Positions 8,769 to 18,863 of a stretch of DNA of 44,092 nt are shown one piece after another. This stretch comes from Desulfobacterales bacterium. GTDB taxonomy: Bacteria > Desulfobacterota > Desulfobacteria > Desulfobacterales > UBA5852. Each line of letters begins with the position of its first letter. The stretch's first letter is position 1. A program made the translations under genes and the position numbers. The notes beneath the pieces were generated by a model. That model did not search any database. It saw nothing but the letters and a program-made list of their open reading frames with translations, and was not told where the DNA came from. Location: the NCBI GenBank assembly GCA_030065275.1, contig JASJCV010000006.1, forward strand, positions 1 to 44,092, in the 5' to 3' direction.

Positions 8769-10679
8769 TCAGCCTCTCGGCAGACGCAGGGTGATCGTAC
8801 AGCCCGGTCCTTTGTTGTTGGCCGCCGTGACCCTCCCGCCCATGGCCGCGATGAACTTGCGGACCAGGGCCAGGCCGATACCGGTCCCGCCGGTGCTGCG
8901 GGTCAGGGCGTCTTCCACACGGTAGAAATCATCGAAGATCTTCTTGAGGGCCTTGCGCGGGATGCCCGGGCCGGTGTCGGCGACCGTGATCACCACCTCG
9001 TCGGCGGTGGCCGTGGCCTCGACCCGGATCCGGCGGGTATCGGCATGGCGTCCGAACTTGACGCTGTTCTCGACGAGATTGATCAGGACCTGGAGCATGG
9101 CCTCCCGGTCGTAGGCGAAAGCCGGCAGGTCGGCGGCCGCGACCGTCAAATCGAAACCTTCCCGGTCGAGTTTGGCCGCCATGACGCTCTGTAAGGTTTG
9201 GAGAACGTCCTCGAAAGTGCCGGTGGTGAGGGTGAAAGGACGTTGGTTCTTCTCCAGCCGCGACAATTCGAGGACATTGTTGATCAGGCGTGCAAGGCGG
9301 GCGCTCTCCGCGTTCAGGATTTCAAAGTAGTCCTGCTCCCGGTCGGTATCCCGGGCAACACCCTGCTCCAGCATCTCGATGTACATGCGGATATTGGTCA
9401 AGGGGGTTTTCAGTTCGTGCGTGACAGAGGAGACAAAGCGCGCCCGTCTTTCGGCAAGATCGATCAGCGTACGGGCGCTGTAGAAGATCGCGCCGAAACC
9501 CACCAGAAAGACCGTGGCCAGCAGAGCCAGCATGGCATTCAGGACCCGCCGGGAGGCGGAAGACGGCACGACCTCGCTGGCGATGGTCGCGTGTAGAAAA
9601 TCGAAGGGCGCTGGAAAGGTGTGCTGCAGGCGGAAACGTGCCTGGCCGACCGGCGCCCCGCGCTGCACTTCCTGGCCCGGATAGCCCTCGTCGGCGGCGC
9701 GGAGCTGCAGACGGGCAAAAGCGGCCATGGGTTGGCTTTCAAAGTGGGCCGCGGCCAGATGCTGCAGCAGCCCCGCTGTCCGGAGAACAATCCCCTGGCG
9801 GTAAATGCGTTCGTCGATCAAGATGCGGCGAAACATGAAAACCCGATCGTCATCAATGAACACGGATTGCAGCGGGGCGACTTCGACCTGGAACCGGCCG
9901 CCGACAATGGCGGCTGTTTCGGCCTCCGCGGGCCGATCGCCCTGCTCGGCACGCGGACGCGGTGCCGGGGTTCCGGGGCTCGCTTCCTCCCCCGTGGCTT
10001 CAGCGGCCGCGCCGGTCGGCCGGCGCTCGGCCTTCAGGGCCATTCCGGCCGGCCCTTCCCGGCGTGCGAGGTTTTGCGCCTGACCGGCCGTGATTTTCTC
10101 CCGGCGTTGGGTTTTGCGCCCCAGATAGGTCCGCTGACGCCTGGATGCCTCCGGGGTCACGAAACGGTCGGCATAGCCGGGGACGGTTTTCTCTTCGTCT
10201 GCGGCGATTGTGTCCCGGGGCTTGGCCGGGCGGGGGCGCCGCACCACGCCGGTCGTCTTTTTGCGGTTGAAGATGCGGTTGATGCGTTCCAACTGCTGCA
10301 CCCGGTCGTCGAGCGGCGGCGGGGGGTGGCGCGGGTCGGGAGCCAGCGGCGTCTGGAAGCTGCCGTCCGGGTTGTTTTGCAGGTGCCCCAGAATGTAGTT
10401 CTCCTGCGGCGGACGGGACAGGGGCGAGCGGATTTGCGAGCCGGCCGCGCTGCCCGGGGGGGAGAACGTGTAGTTGTAGGCGTCCACGGCACGGTTTTCT
10501 TCCCGGATGACCATCTCGGTCAGTTCGGACTCCATCGTATCGATGATGGCCTGCGCAAAATAGCCCAGGCGGGCGCCCTCCTCCTGAGCCACCCCGCTGT
10601 AAGTCCGCCAGACCACGAGGGACAGCAGTACCGCCAGGGTCAGTGCAACCACCGCGATGACCATCTGCAGATGCTTCAC
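8769..10679 (-). CDS. Sensor histidine kinase
   Basis: 636 aa. GTG start overlapping the upstream RR stop (GTGA); an alternative ATG lies 15 nt downstream. Two TM segments flank an extracytoplasmic region of about 360 aa. H-box SSVTHELKTPLTNI. N/G boxes LINLVENSVKF, DTGPGIP and GTGIGLALV. Confidence 0.85.
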   Translation of the reverse strand: MKHLQMVIAVVALTLAVLLSLVVWRTYSGVAQEEGARLGYFAQAIIDTMESELTEMVIREENRAVDAYNYTFSPPGSAAGSQIRSPLSRPPQENYILGHLQNNPDGSFQTPLAPDPRHPPPPLDDRVQQLERINRIFNRKKTTGVVRRPRPAKPRDTIAADEEKTVPGYADRFVTPEASRRQRTYLGRKTQRREKITAGQAQNLARREGPAGMALKAERRPTGAAAEATGEEASPGTPAPRPRAEQGDRPAEAETAAIVGGRFQVEVAPLQSVFIDDDRVFMFRRILIDERIYRQGIVLRTAGLLQHLAAAHFESQPMAAFARLQLRAADEGYPGQEVQRGAPVGQARFRLQHTFPAPFDFLHATIASEVVPSSASRRVLNAMLALLATVFLVGFGAIFYSARTLIDLAERRARFVSSVTHELKTPLTNIRMYIEMLEQGVARDTDREQDYFEILNAESARLARLINNVLELSRLEKNQRPFTLTTGTFEDVLQTLQSVMAAKLDREGFDLTVAAADLPAFAYDREAMLQVLINLVENSVKFGRHADTRRIRVEATATADEVVITVADTGPGIPRKALKKIFDDFYRVEDALTRSTGGTGIGLALVRKFIAAMGGRVTAANNKGPGCTITLRLPRG

Positions 10680-11374
10680 GGTCGGGACTCCAGCCGATAG
10701 CCCTGGCCGCGAACGGTCTGGATGAAGGGGATGTCGCCGGCGACGGCGGCGATTTTCTTACGCAGTTTGAGCATGTGGATGTCCACCGTGCGGGTTTCGA
10801 TATCGGCGTCCGCGTAGTGCCAGACTTCGGTCAGAAGTTCTTTTTTGGACACAATCCGATCCTGGTGGTGAAAAAGGTAGGCCACGATATCCATTTCCCG
10901 GCGCGTCAGCTCCCCGACCCTCCCGTCGAAGTGCACCTCCAGGGTCTTGCCCCTGAAGACGGCCGCGTTCCAGACGATCTCTTCTTCGCCGGCCAGCTTG
11001 CCGCTGCGGCGCAGGAGGGCTTCGATACGCACCATCAGTTCGCGCAGCGAAAAGGGCTTGCTGACATAATCGTCGGCCCCGGCCTGGAAACCGGTGACGA
11101 TATCTTCCTCGGCCCCCTTGGCCGTGAGCATCAGGATGGGCTGCCGGGGTTTGGCCGCCCGCAGTTCCCGGCACACGGCGAAGCCGTCCATGGAGGGCAG
11201 CATGACATCCAGGATAACCAGGTCGAACGACTTGCGGCGGGCAGCCTCCAGCCCCCGCCGTCCGTCTTCCTCCCCTGTGGCCGCGTAGCCGTTGAAAACC
11301 AGGACGTCCAGTAAGCCGGTGCGAATGGCCGGATCGTCTTCTACCACCAGAATCTTCGCCTTGGGCGCTTCCAT
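10676..11374 (-). CDS. OmpR/PhoB-family response regulator
   Basis: 232 aa. Receiver domain (ILVVEDD, DLVILDVMLPSMDG, LTAKG) plus a winged-helix output domain (LTRREMDIVAYL...VRGQGYRL). Confidence 0.9.
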   Translation of the reverse strand: MEAPKAKILVVEDDPAIRTGLLDVLVFNGYAATGEEDGRRGLEAARRKSFDLVILDVMLPSMDGFAVCRELRAAKPRQPILMLTAKGAEEDIVTGFQAGADDYVSKPFSLRELMVRIEALLRRSGKLAGEEEIVWNAAVFRGKTLEVHFDGRVGELTRREMDIVAYLFHHQDRIVSKKELLTEVWHYADADIETRTVDIHMLKLRKKIAAVAGDIPFIQTVRGQGYRLESRP

Positions 11375-11585
11375 CGGTCGGGCCTTTCTGTGAAAAGATG
11401 GCTACGGGTTGCTAACATCCGTATCCAATCTACTCCTCGGGCGCAAGTCCGGCAACGCAAAAGAAATGTAAAAAGCCCGGGAGCTGATTTTGCGTTGGTT
11501 TGAATTGTCTTCCCGGGGTGGATCGCTAAGATGGCGGCAAGGTCGAAGATCATGATGACATCACTGCCAACCAAGGAGGTTTGCG

Positions 11586-13052
11586 ATGCAGCCCAGAAAA
11601 CGAAACATGCTGATGACGATTGGTGGTCTTATCCTGGCCACCCTGGTAATCATGGGCCTGAGCGGCCGGGCGGACTCGTGGGGGGTCGGCCAGACGGGCG
11701 ACGGGCCGGTCGATGCAGTCGCCGCAGGGGATCAGCTGCGCGTCACCGCCAGCCTGGTTCAGGAGAAGGTTCTGCAGGGTACCGATGGCCACGTCGGGCT
11801 TGCCTTGACCCTGACGGCCCCGCCGTGGGCGCCCCGGCATGAACGCGCTCCGGCCCCTGTCGATCTGGTCGTGGTCATGGACCGCAGCGGCTCGATGAAC
11901 GGGGCGAAGATTCGCCATGCCCGCCGGGCCGTTTTGCACCTCATGGAAAACCTGGCCAACGAAGACCGCTTGGCCCTGGTCAGCTACGCCAACAATGTGG
12001 TGACCCATACCGGCTTGCTGCCCATGACGGACGTCAACCGCCAGGCGCTGCGAGCGACGGTGGGCCAAATGCGGGCCGGGGGCGGGACGAACCTGGGGGC
12101 CGGCTTGAAACGCGGCATCGACCTGGCGGGGGGCGCGGTTAAGTTGGCCAACGCGCGGCAGATCATCCTGATATCGGACGGGCTGGCCAATCAGGGCATC
12201 ACCGATCCACGGACGCTCGGAACGATGGCCGCCGCCGGATCGGAAAATGCAATGGCGATCAGCACGGTCGGTGTCGGACAGGAATTCAATGAGGGTCTCA
12301 TGACGCATCTGGCCGACAATGGCGGTGGAAGCTACTATTATCTCGAAAACCCGGCGGCGTTCGCGACGATTTTTCAGAGGGAGTACATGCATGCCCGCGC
12401 CGCCGCGGCGACTTCCATCCGGGTCGAGCTGTCCCTGCCGGAAGGGGTCCGTCTGGTGGATGCGGGCGGCTATCCCGTCCGGCAAACGGGCCTGAAGGCC
12501 GCCTTCCACCCCGGCAGCCTTCGCTACGGCCAGTCGCGCAAGCTCTATCTGACGCTCAAGCTGCCGACCGACACCGAGCGGCAATTCGAACTGGGCGAGA
12601 TCCGGGTGCGCTACCACCGGGGTGAAGAAGCCCGGACGGCGGTCCCGGCCGGGCGTTTCACGGTGGCCTGCGTCGACGATGCCGACGATGTCCTGGCCTC
12701 GATCCACAAGGAGGCCTGGAGCGATCAGGTGGTGCGCGAGGATTTCGGGCGTCTGAAGGAAGAGGTGGCCGCCGACATCAAAGCCGGGCGGGCGGCTGAA
12801 GCACTGAATCGCATCCAGAGCTACCGGCAGGAGAAAAGGGCCGTCAACGCCGTCGTGGGCTCGGCACGCGTGGCCGACAACCTGGCGCGGGACGTGGACG
12901 CTTTGAAGACCTATGTCCAGGAGACCTTCGCCGGACCGGCGCCGGCCGTGGCCGCCAAGCAGAAAGCGAATGCCAAGGCCCTTCAGTACGACGGCTACCG
13001 CGAGCGACGCGACAAGCAACAGGGCCCGAGCGGCCGTCGTGCGGCCGACTAG
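11586..13052 (+). CDS. Membrane-anchored von Willebrand factor A (VWA) domain protein
   Basis: 488 aa with a GGAGG RBS. N-terminal TM segment. MIDAS motif VVVMDRSGSMNG, then GGTNL and LISDGLAN. Confidence 0.8.
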   Translation: MQPRKRNMLMTIGGLILATLVIMGLSGRADSWGVGQTGDGPVDAVAAGDQLRVTASLVQEKVLQGTDGHVGLALTLTAPPWAPRHERAPAPVDLVVVMDRSGSMNGAKIRHARRAVLHLMENLANEDRLALVSYANNVVTHTGLLPMTDVNRQALRATVGQMRAGGGTNLGAGLKRGIDLAGGAVKLANARQIILISDGLANQGITDPRTLGTMAAAGSENAMAISTVGVGQEFNEGLMTHLADNGGGSYYYLENPAAFATIFQREYMHARAAAATSIRVELSLPEGVRLVDAGGYPVRQTGLKAAFHPGSLRYGQSRKLYLTLKLPTDTERQFELGEIRVRYHRGEEARTAVPAGRFTVACVDDADDVLASIHKEAWSDQVVREDFGRLKEEVAADIKAGRAAEALNRIQSYRQEKRAVNAVVGSARVADNLARDVDALKTYVQETFAGPAPAVAAKQKANAKALQYDGYRERRDKQQGPSGRRAAD

Positions 13053-13097
13053 CCCGGGAAACCCTCGTCCAGGATACACGAACGATTGGAGGTCGAC

Positions 13098-13658
13098 ATG
13101 GGAATCGCTGCACGCCTGCTACGGCTGTGTCGGGCCGATCTTAACGGTCTGCTGGATCGGATGGAAGATCGCGGGCTGCTCCTGAGACAGTATCTGCGGG
13201 AAATGGAGGCGGCCCTGGCCGACACGAGGGCACAGCTCGAAAGACGCAGTGCCCGCAAGGGCCAAATTGCGCGCGAGCTGGCCGTTCAACGCCACAGGGT
13301 CCGGACCATGGAGGATGATATCGTCTTGGCCCTTGCCCGGAAACGAGAGGATATCGCCCGCCAGCTGGTTCGCGCGATCCTGTCCCGGCGGCACAGGGCC
13401 GAAGCGCTAAACGCGCGCCTCAAGGAGCTGTCTGACGAAATCCTGGCGGGGGAGGATGCCTATGCCCGCCAGGCGGCGGCCTACGTGAAGATACGCCGGC
13501 GATCGATGGACTTCCGGGCCGCCCGCAAACAAACCGATGCGGGCGCCGCCGCCGATCGAGGGATGCCGCCCGGTCCTGACAACCGGCCCGGTGATGCGGC
13601 GGTCGAATTGGAATTGATCCGTCATAAGGAAGCCTTCGTGGCCGGGAGGAGGCCATGA
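13098..13658 (+). CDS. PspA/IM30 family protein
   Basis: The track ORF starts at a TTG (13086). The ATG at 13098 has GGAGG 5 nt upstream. The N-terminus MGIAARLLRLCRADLNGLLDRMEDRGLLLRQYLREMEAAL parallels the PspA N-terminus. The rest is predicted coiled coil. Confidence 0.7.
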   Translation: MGIAARLLRLCRADLNGLLDRMEDRGLLLRQYLREMEAALADTRAQLERRSARKGQIARELAVQRHRVRTMEDDIVLALARKREDIARQLVRAILSRRHRAEALNARLKELSDEILAGEDAYARQAAAYVKIRRRSMDFRAARKQTDAGAAADRGMPPGPDNRPGDAAVELELIRHKEAFVAGRRP

Positions 13659-14206
13659 TCGAAGACCACCGCCCGATTCGAACGACGCTTCTGATGGGGA
13701 TCCTGGGGGGGGTGGCCGGGTTTGCAAGCGCCCTGATCCCGGAATGGCACGGGGCGCAGCCCGCCATCCGCTTGGGGATTGTCTGGACCTTGACCGCCGG
13801 TTATGCGCTGCTTCTCGTGCGCTGGGGGCGTCAGCGCCTGTCCGTCGTTTTTTTCCCGCTGATCGTACTGGGGCTGTGGGGCGGACAGCTGCCCTCCGGC
13901 CGGGGCTTCATCGTTATGGCCTTGGCAACCTTGAGCTGGATCCGCAGCGGTGTGTGTTTTCCCGCCCCCCCGCTCCGGGGCCTGCTTCGCGAAGTCGTTC
14001 TCTGCGGCGGCGGCGCCTGGCTGGCCGCAGCCCCGGCCTCCGGGAGCGCCTTGTCATGGGGATTGGGGATCTGGATGTTCTTTCTGGCCCAGACCTTTTT
14101 CTTCGCGGTCGGTGATTCCGGGAGGGGCAGCGTTGGCGTTAATGACCGCAAAGATCGGTTTGAACGGGCGCGCCGGCAGGCGGAACGGATTCTGGCCCGG
14201 TATTGA
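13655..14206 (+). CDS. Integral membrane protein, unknown function
   Basis: 183 aa. ATGA overlap with the PspA-like gene. At least 5 hydrophobic segments. No family recognised. Confidence 0.55.
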   Translation: MIEDHRPIRTTLLMGILGGVAGFASALIPEWHGAQPAIRLGIVWTLTAGYALLLVRWGRQRLSVVFFPLIVLGLWGGQLPSGRGFIVMALATLSWIRSGVCFPAPPLRGLLREVVLCGGGAWLAAAPASGSALSWGLGIWMFFLAQTFFFAVGDSGRGSVGVNDRKDRFERARRQAERILARY

Positions 14207-14232
14207 AGCCTTGGCGGTGGGCCTTGGCCGTT

Positions 14233-15021
14233 TTATCCGCCCCGCTCGTATTCCCGCTGGACTTCGGCCTCGCCGTAGCGCGCCTCCAGCCGACGGATGA
14301 TGAAATGCCCGCGGGCGGTCCGCTGGAACTGGCGGATGAAGAGAAAATTCACGAAACCTCCGCCAACGGCGCCGATCAGCGGGATGGCCTGGGCCACCAC
14401 CTTGTCGGAAACCACCAGGCCGAAGCGGGCGGTGACCTGGGTGATAAAGCGGACCAGCGCCGGGGCGCCCTGCGTGCCAACCGTCTGCCGGGCCATGTGC
14501 CGGGCGGCCTCGGCCACCGAGCGGGCCAGGGCGGCCCGCACCGCGAAGTAGCCGGTCTCCGCAGCGGCTGTTGGGGGTGCCGGTCCCCCCAGAGCGAATA
14601 CCTGGACACACTCGAGGCGGACCCGGGGATCGCGAGGGTCATGTCCCTCGCTGCGGGCGATAGCGGCGATCGAACGCAGCATGACGGTGGTGGACAGCGG
14701 CAGTTCCAGCGCCAGGGCCGGGAGCCCAAAGGCGCCGGACACCGCACCGCCGAGCACCACCGCCAGGGTGTGCCGACCGCTGGCGGCCGGCTGCCGGTGC
14801 CTGGTCCGGAGCGTTTTGGCCGCCGCCGCCAGCGCGCGTTGGACGGCCGCCTGGGTGATTCGGCCCACCAGGCGCAGACAGGGGGCCGGAACGAGGGCCA
14901 GGCCCTTGGCCACGGGAATGCTCATTGCGCCGGTCAGGCGGGCGGCAAGCCCCGGCGTGTCCAGCATTTTTTTAGCCCTGCGAAGCGCGGCTCGATCGCT
15001 GGTCGTCATGGTGGTGGTCAC
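14233..15021 (-). CDS. EcsC-family-like protein
   Basis: 262 aa. GTG start with GGGAG 9 nt upstream; an alternative ATG is at 15009. The overall Ala-rich helical pattern resembles EcsC family proteins, but this comes from memory of the family, not from a search. Confidence 0.5.
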   Translation of the reverse strand: MTTTMTTSDRAALRRAKKMLDTPGLAARLTGAMSIPVAKGLALVPAPCLRLVGRITQAAVQRALAAAAKTLRTRHRQPAASGRHTLAVVLGGAVSGAFGLPALALELPLSTTVMLRSIAAIARSEGHDPRDPRVRLECVQVFALGGPAPPTAAAETGYFAVRAALARSVAEAARHMARQTVGTQGAPALVRFITQVTARFGLVVSDKVVAQAIPLIGAVGGGFVNFLFIRQFQRTARGHFIIRRLEARYGEAEVQREYERGG

Positions 15022-15137
15022 AGATGGTTACTCCCTGGCAGATGCGCGGGCATGTGCACCGCTTGCGACGCCGCTCGCCGGTCGGCTGGTTGACACGTTC
15101 CGTGTTCGAGCCGTGTCGGCATGATCACAGCCGAGAT

Positions 15138-15166
15138 TTGCATATTTTGAGTTAAATCACTATACT
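15138..15166 (+). promoter_or_regulatory. Candidate sigma-70 promoter for the YihY-family gene
   Basis: TTGCAT (15138-15143), a 17-nt spacer, then TATACT (15161-15166), about 100 nt upstream of the ATG at 15267. Confidence 0.4.
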
Positions 15167-15266
15167 GCGGGTATCGATCCGGTCATCGGGGTCGTTTGCC
15201 ACATTCGGCGGACGTTTTGACCCGATGGCTCCCACGCCCCCTAACCTCTGGCGACAAGCGGGCGCA

Positions 15267-16625
15267 ATGGACAAACCCACCAAATCAATCCACGAAGTCA
15301 AAGCCAAAGTCAACGGTCTGGTGCAGTTCGTCGCGGGCGACATCTGGCGCGCGCGCATGCAGGAGATGCCCTTCCTCAAGCGGCTCTGGATGCGGAGCCT
15401 GCGCATTCTGCTGCTGGCCCTGAGGGGTTTTCGCGAAGACGCCTGCATGCTCAGGGCCTCTTCGCTCACGTTCTACACCCTGCTGTCCATCGTTCCTGTG
15501 GTGGCCCTGGCCTTCGGCATCGCCAAGGGGTTCGGCTTCCACGACATGCTCGAAAGGCAGCTCTACCAGAACTTCCCGGGGCAGGAGGAGGTGGTCACCC
15601 GCGTGGTGGTTTTCGCCGACAGTCTCCTGGAAACCGCCCGGGGCGGAGTCATTGCCGGGTTCGGCCTGGTCGTCCTTTTCTATGCGGTATTCAAGGTACT
15701 GGGCAACATCGAGCATTCGTTCAACCAGATTTGGCAGGTCAAGCGCGAAAGGACGTTGGCCCGCAAGCTTGGCGACTATTTGGCCATCATGCTCCTCAGT
15801 CCGATCCTGGTCATCCTGCAGAGCAGCGCCACGGTTTTCGTCACAACGCAGATTGCCAATATTACCCAGAAGATCGCCCTTCTGGGCTATTTCAGCCCGC
15901 TGATCTATCATTCCTACAAACTCATCCCCTATTTCCTCGTGTGGGTGCTGTTCACCCTGATCTATCTTGTCATGCCCAACACGCGGGTTAAATTCCAATC
16001 GGCCCTGGTGGCCGGCATTATCGCCGGCAGCGGCTACCAGATCCTGCAGGGTTTCTATTTCACTTTTCAGATCGGTTTCGCCCGCTACAACGCCATCTAC
16101 GGCAGTTTCGCCGCCCTGCCGCTTCTGCTGGTCTGGCTCCAGGCAAGCTGGCTGATCGTACTGCTGGGCGCCGAGATTGCCTACGCCTCCCAGAACGTCG
16201 GGAAGTACGAATTCGAACAGGACACCACCCATGCCAGCCCGGGACTGCGCAAACTGGTGGCCCTGCGCGTCTGCCTGTACATCGTGCGGCGGTTCAGCCA
16301 GGGAACCACACCGGTGGCGAGCGATCAGATGGCCGATGACCTGGGCCTGCCGCTGCCGCTGACGAACCGCGTGCTGCGTGAACTGACCGACAGCGACATC
16401 CTCAGGGAAGTGCAGCTGGTCGACAGCGACCAGCAGGGTTTCATGCCGGCCCGGGACGCGGAGCATCTGAGCATCAGCTTTATTCTCGAAGCGCTCGAGA
16501 CGCGCGGGGTCAACGGTTTTCCCCTGCCCGAATCCCCGGAATTCGTGGCCTTGTCCGACGCCCTGGAGGACGTGCGCGCGTCGGTCGAGAAATCGCCGGG
16601 CAATAAGCTTCTGAAAGAAATCTGA
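15267..16625 (+). CDS. YihY/BrkB (virulence factor BrkB) family membrane protein with a C-terminal soluble domain
   Basis: ORF 15225..16625; the ATG at 15267 (MDKPTKS) is preferred, and 15225 is possible. Hallmark ASSLTFYTLLSIVP near the N-terminus. Six hydrophobic segments. A C-terminal extension of about 130 aa looks like a winged helix. Confidence 0.8.
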   Translation: MDKPTKSIHEVKAKVNGLVQFVAGDIWRARMQEMPFLKRLWMRSLRILLLALRGFREDACMLRASSLTFYTLLSIVPVVALAFGIAKGFGFHDMLERQLYQNFPGQEEVVTRVVVFADSLLETARGGVIAGFGLVVLFYAVFKVLGNIEHSFNQIWQVKRERTLARKLGDYLAIMLLSPILVILQSSATVFVTTQIANITQKIALLGYFSPLIYHSYKLIPYFLVWVLFTLIYLVMPNTRVKFQSALVAGIIAGSGYQILQGFYFTFQIGFARYNAIYGSFAALPLLLVWLQASWLIVLLGAEIAYASQNVGKYEFEQDTTHASPGLRKLVALRVCLYIVRRFSQGTTPVASDQMADDLGLPLPLTNRVLRELTDSDILREVQLVDSDQQGFMPARDAEHLSISFILEALETRGVNGFPLPESPEFVALSDALEDVRASVEKSPGNKLLKEI

Positions 16626-16737
16626 TGACAAGGGTTGCGGCACGAAAATATCGTGCGTGGCAGCCCTTCACGCCCTGCCTTTCCCGGAAGGGGCCATAGA
16701 CCGGCCGGTTGCGGCCGCCAGCAAGTGAGAAACGGAC

Positions 16738-17652
16738 ATGGATTACATGTTGTCGACCAAGGAGGTCGCCCGTTTTATCGGCGTCAACGAAAAGATGGTC
16801 TACACCCTTGTGGCCGAAAAAGGGCTGCCGGCCACCAAGATCACCGGTAAATGGCTGTTCCCGCGCCACCTGGTCGAGCAGTGGATCGAAGCCAACACGA
16901 TCAACTACCCCGAACCGCGCAAGGACCTGCCGCCCTACGAGGGCATTCTGATCGTGGCCGGCAGCAACGATCCCCTGCTGGAGAAGGCCATCAATCTCTT
17001 CAACCGGACGCATCCCGAGCATGTCGCCGTCTTCGGGAATCTGGGCAGCCTGGGGGGGCTGCGGGCCCTGCGCCGGCACATGTGCCACATGGCCAGCAGT
17101 CACCTGCTTCAGGAGGGGGACGGTGAATACAATTTCGACTTCGCCGCCCGGGAACTCGAGCACGCCCCGGCCGTCATCAATTTCTGCCGTCGGGAACAGG
17201 GTATTCTCGTGGCGGCGGGCAATCCCCACGGGATTGCTTCGGTGGTCGACCTCGCCACCCCGGGGCTGCGTATCGTCAACCGGCCCAACACGACGGGGAC
17301 GCGTCTGCTGCTCGACCGCGAGCTCGAAAAGGCGGGCGTCGACGGGCCCTCCCTGGCGGGCTACCATCGCGAGGTCGCCCGCCACCTGGACGTGGGGCTG
17401 GAGGTTGCGGCCGGGCGGGCCGATGCCGGGCCCGGCATCCGGGCCGTGGCCGGCATGCTGGGGCTCGACTTCATCCCTTTGCGCTGGGAGCGCTACGACC
17501 TGTTGGTGACCAAGGAGCGCTTTTTCGACCCGGGTGTCCAGCTCTTTCTGGGATTGCTCACGGAGAAGACGTTTCGCGAGCTGGCCGATACGCTTGAAGG
17601 CTATGATGTCCGCTCAAGCGGGAAGATGGTATTTCCCACCGAAAACGCCTGA
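16738..17652 (+). CDS. Excisionase-type HTH plus PBP-like substrate-binding domain regulator (TunR-like architecture)
   Basis: 304 aa. N-terminus LSTKEVARFIGVNEKMVYTLVAEKGLPATKITGKWLFPRHLVEQWI is an excisionase/MerR-like HTH. The remainder has the periplasmic-binding-protein-like fold pattern seen fused to this HTH. Confidence 0.65.
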   Translation: MDYMLSTKEVARFIGVNEKMVYTLVAEKGLPATKITGKWLFPRHLVEQWIEANTINYPEPRKDLPPYEGILIVAGSNDPLLEKAINLFNRTHPEHVAVFGNLGSLGGLRALRRHMCHMASSHLLQEGDGEYNFDFAARELEHAPAVINFCRREQGILVAAGNPHGIASVVDLATPGLRIVNRPNTTGTRLLLDRELEKAGVDGPSLAGYHREVARHLDVGLEVAAGRADAGPGIRAVAGMLGLDFIPLRWERYDLLVTKERFFDPGVQLFLGLLTEKTFRELADTLEGYDVRSSGKMVFPTENA

Positions 17653-17702
17653 CACCGGCCCTCGCGTTCCTCCCGCGGCCGGGGCGATTCCGCTCATGGC
17701 CT

Positions 17703-18863
17703 TCAGGAACCTTCCCCGATATAGCGGCGCGGCACGCGTGCGAAATTGGTAAAGACGATTTCGTAGTTGATGGTCTCCAGCAGGTCGGCCACGGTGTCGG
17801 CGCTGATTTCGGCATCGCCCTGGCGGCCAATGATCACCACCTCGTCCCCCGGGGCCACGCCTTCGACGCCGCCCACATCCAGCATGATCAGATCCATGCA
17901 CACCCGTCCCACGATGGGCACCATCACCCCGTGAACCAGCATGTGGCCGCGGTTGGAAAGCCGCCGTTGAATGCCGTCCGCATAGCCGGTGGCCACGGTG
18001 GCGATCCGGGTGGCGTGCGGTGCCGTCCAGGTCATGCCGTAGCTGACCGGAAAACCGGCCGGCACCTCCTTGACCTGCAAAACGCGGGATTTGAGTGCAA
18101 GGGCCGGCCGCAGATCGACGCGCCGGCGATCGACTGCGCGCGAGGGGTAGAGGCCGTAGATGGCGATCCCGGGCCGCACGGCGTCGAAATGGGATTCCGG
18201 CAGATCGATGATCCCGGCGCTGTTGGCGGCATGGCGCATGCCGGTGTCGATGCCCGCGCGGGAGAGCCGGTCGAGGAAGGTGCTGAAGATCTCGAGCTGC
18301 AGTTCGGCAAAGGACTTGTCGGCCTCGTCGGCGGCGGCGAAATGGGTGAAGACCCCCTCGAGGCGCACGCCGCTCAGTGCTTTGAGCGCGCGGACCTCCG
18401 CAACCGGCGGCCGGGCGGGTTCGATTCCGGGGCCACCGCAGTCCGGTACGAGACCGAGGCGTCCCATGCCCGAATCGACCTTGAGGTGGACGGGGATCAC
18501 GCGCTTCATGCGGGCCGCGCGGGCGGCCAGACCGCGCGCATCCTTCAGACCGGTGACGCCCTGAATGAGATCGTTTGCGATGATGCGCTCGGCAAAGGCG
18601 GGAAAGGTCGGCCCCATGACCAGGATGGGTGCTTCCAGACCGGCGCGGCGAAGTTGGACGCCCTCGTCGATGCGGGCCACGGCCAGCATATCGGCACCGT
18701 TGGCCAGGGCGGTGCAGGCCACGGCGTCCGCGCCGTGCCCGTAGCCGTCGGCCTTGACCACGGCCATCAGGCGGGCCTGCGGTCGGGTGATGCGCCGCAG
18801 TTCCCTGATGTTGTGGGCGATGGCGTCGAGATCGATTTCGGCCCAGATATTGGGAAGATCCAT
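17703..18863 (-). CDS. alr: Alanine racemase
   Basis: 386 aa. PLP-lysine motif AVVKADGYGHGA. A conserved C-terminal beta domain (VSYG...ATV..GYADG). Confidence 0.9.
   Translation of the reverse strand: MDLPNIWAEIDLDAIAHNIRELRRITRPQARLMAVVKADGYGHGADAVACTALANGADMLAVARIDEGVQLRRAGLEAPILVMGPTFPAFAERIIANDLIQGVTGLKDARGLAARAARMKRVIPVHLKVDSGMGRLGLVPDCGGPGIEPARPPVAEVRALKALSGVRLEGVFTHFAAADEADKSFAELQLEIFSTFLDRLSRAGIDTGMRHAANSAGIIDLPESHFDAVRPGIAIYGLYPSRAVDRRRVDLRPALALKSRVLQVKEVPAGFPVSYGMTWTAPHATRIATVATGYADGIQRRLSNRGHMLVHGVMVPIVGRVCMDLIMLDVGGVEGVAPGDEVVIIGRQGDAEISADTVADLLETINYEIVFTNFARVPRRYIGEGS

Noticed and set aside
11399-11413. Sigma-54-like element TGGCTA-cggg-TTGCT upstream of the VWA operon.
   Set aside because: The GG-to-GC spacing is one nucleotide shorter than the strict -24/-12 geometry (TGGCAC-N5-TTGC). 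Position -22 to -20 also deviates.
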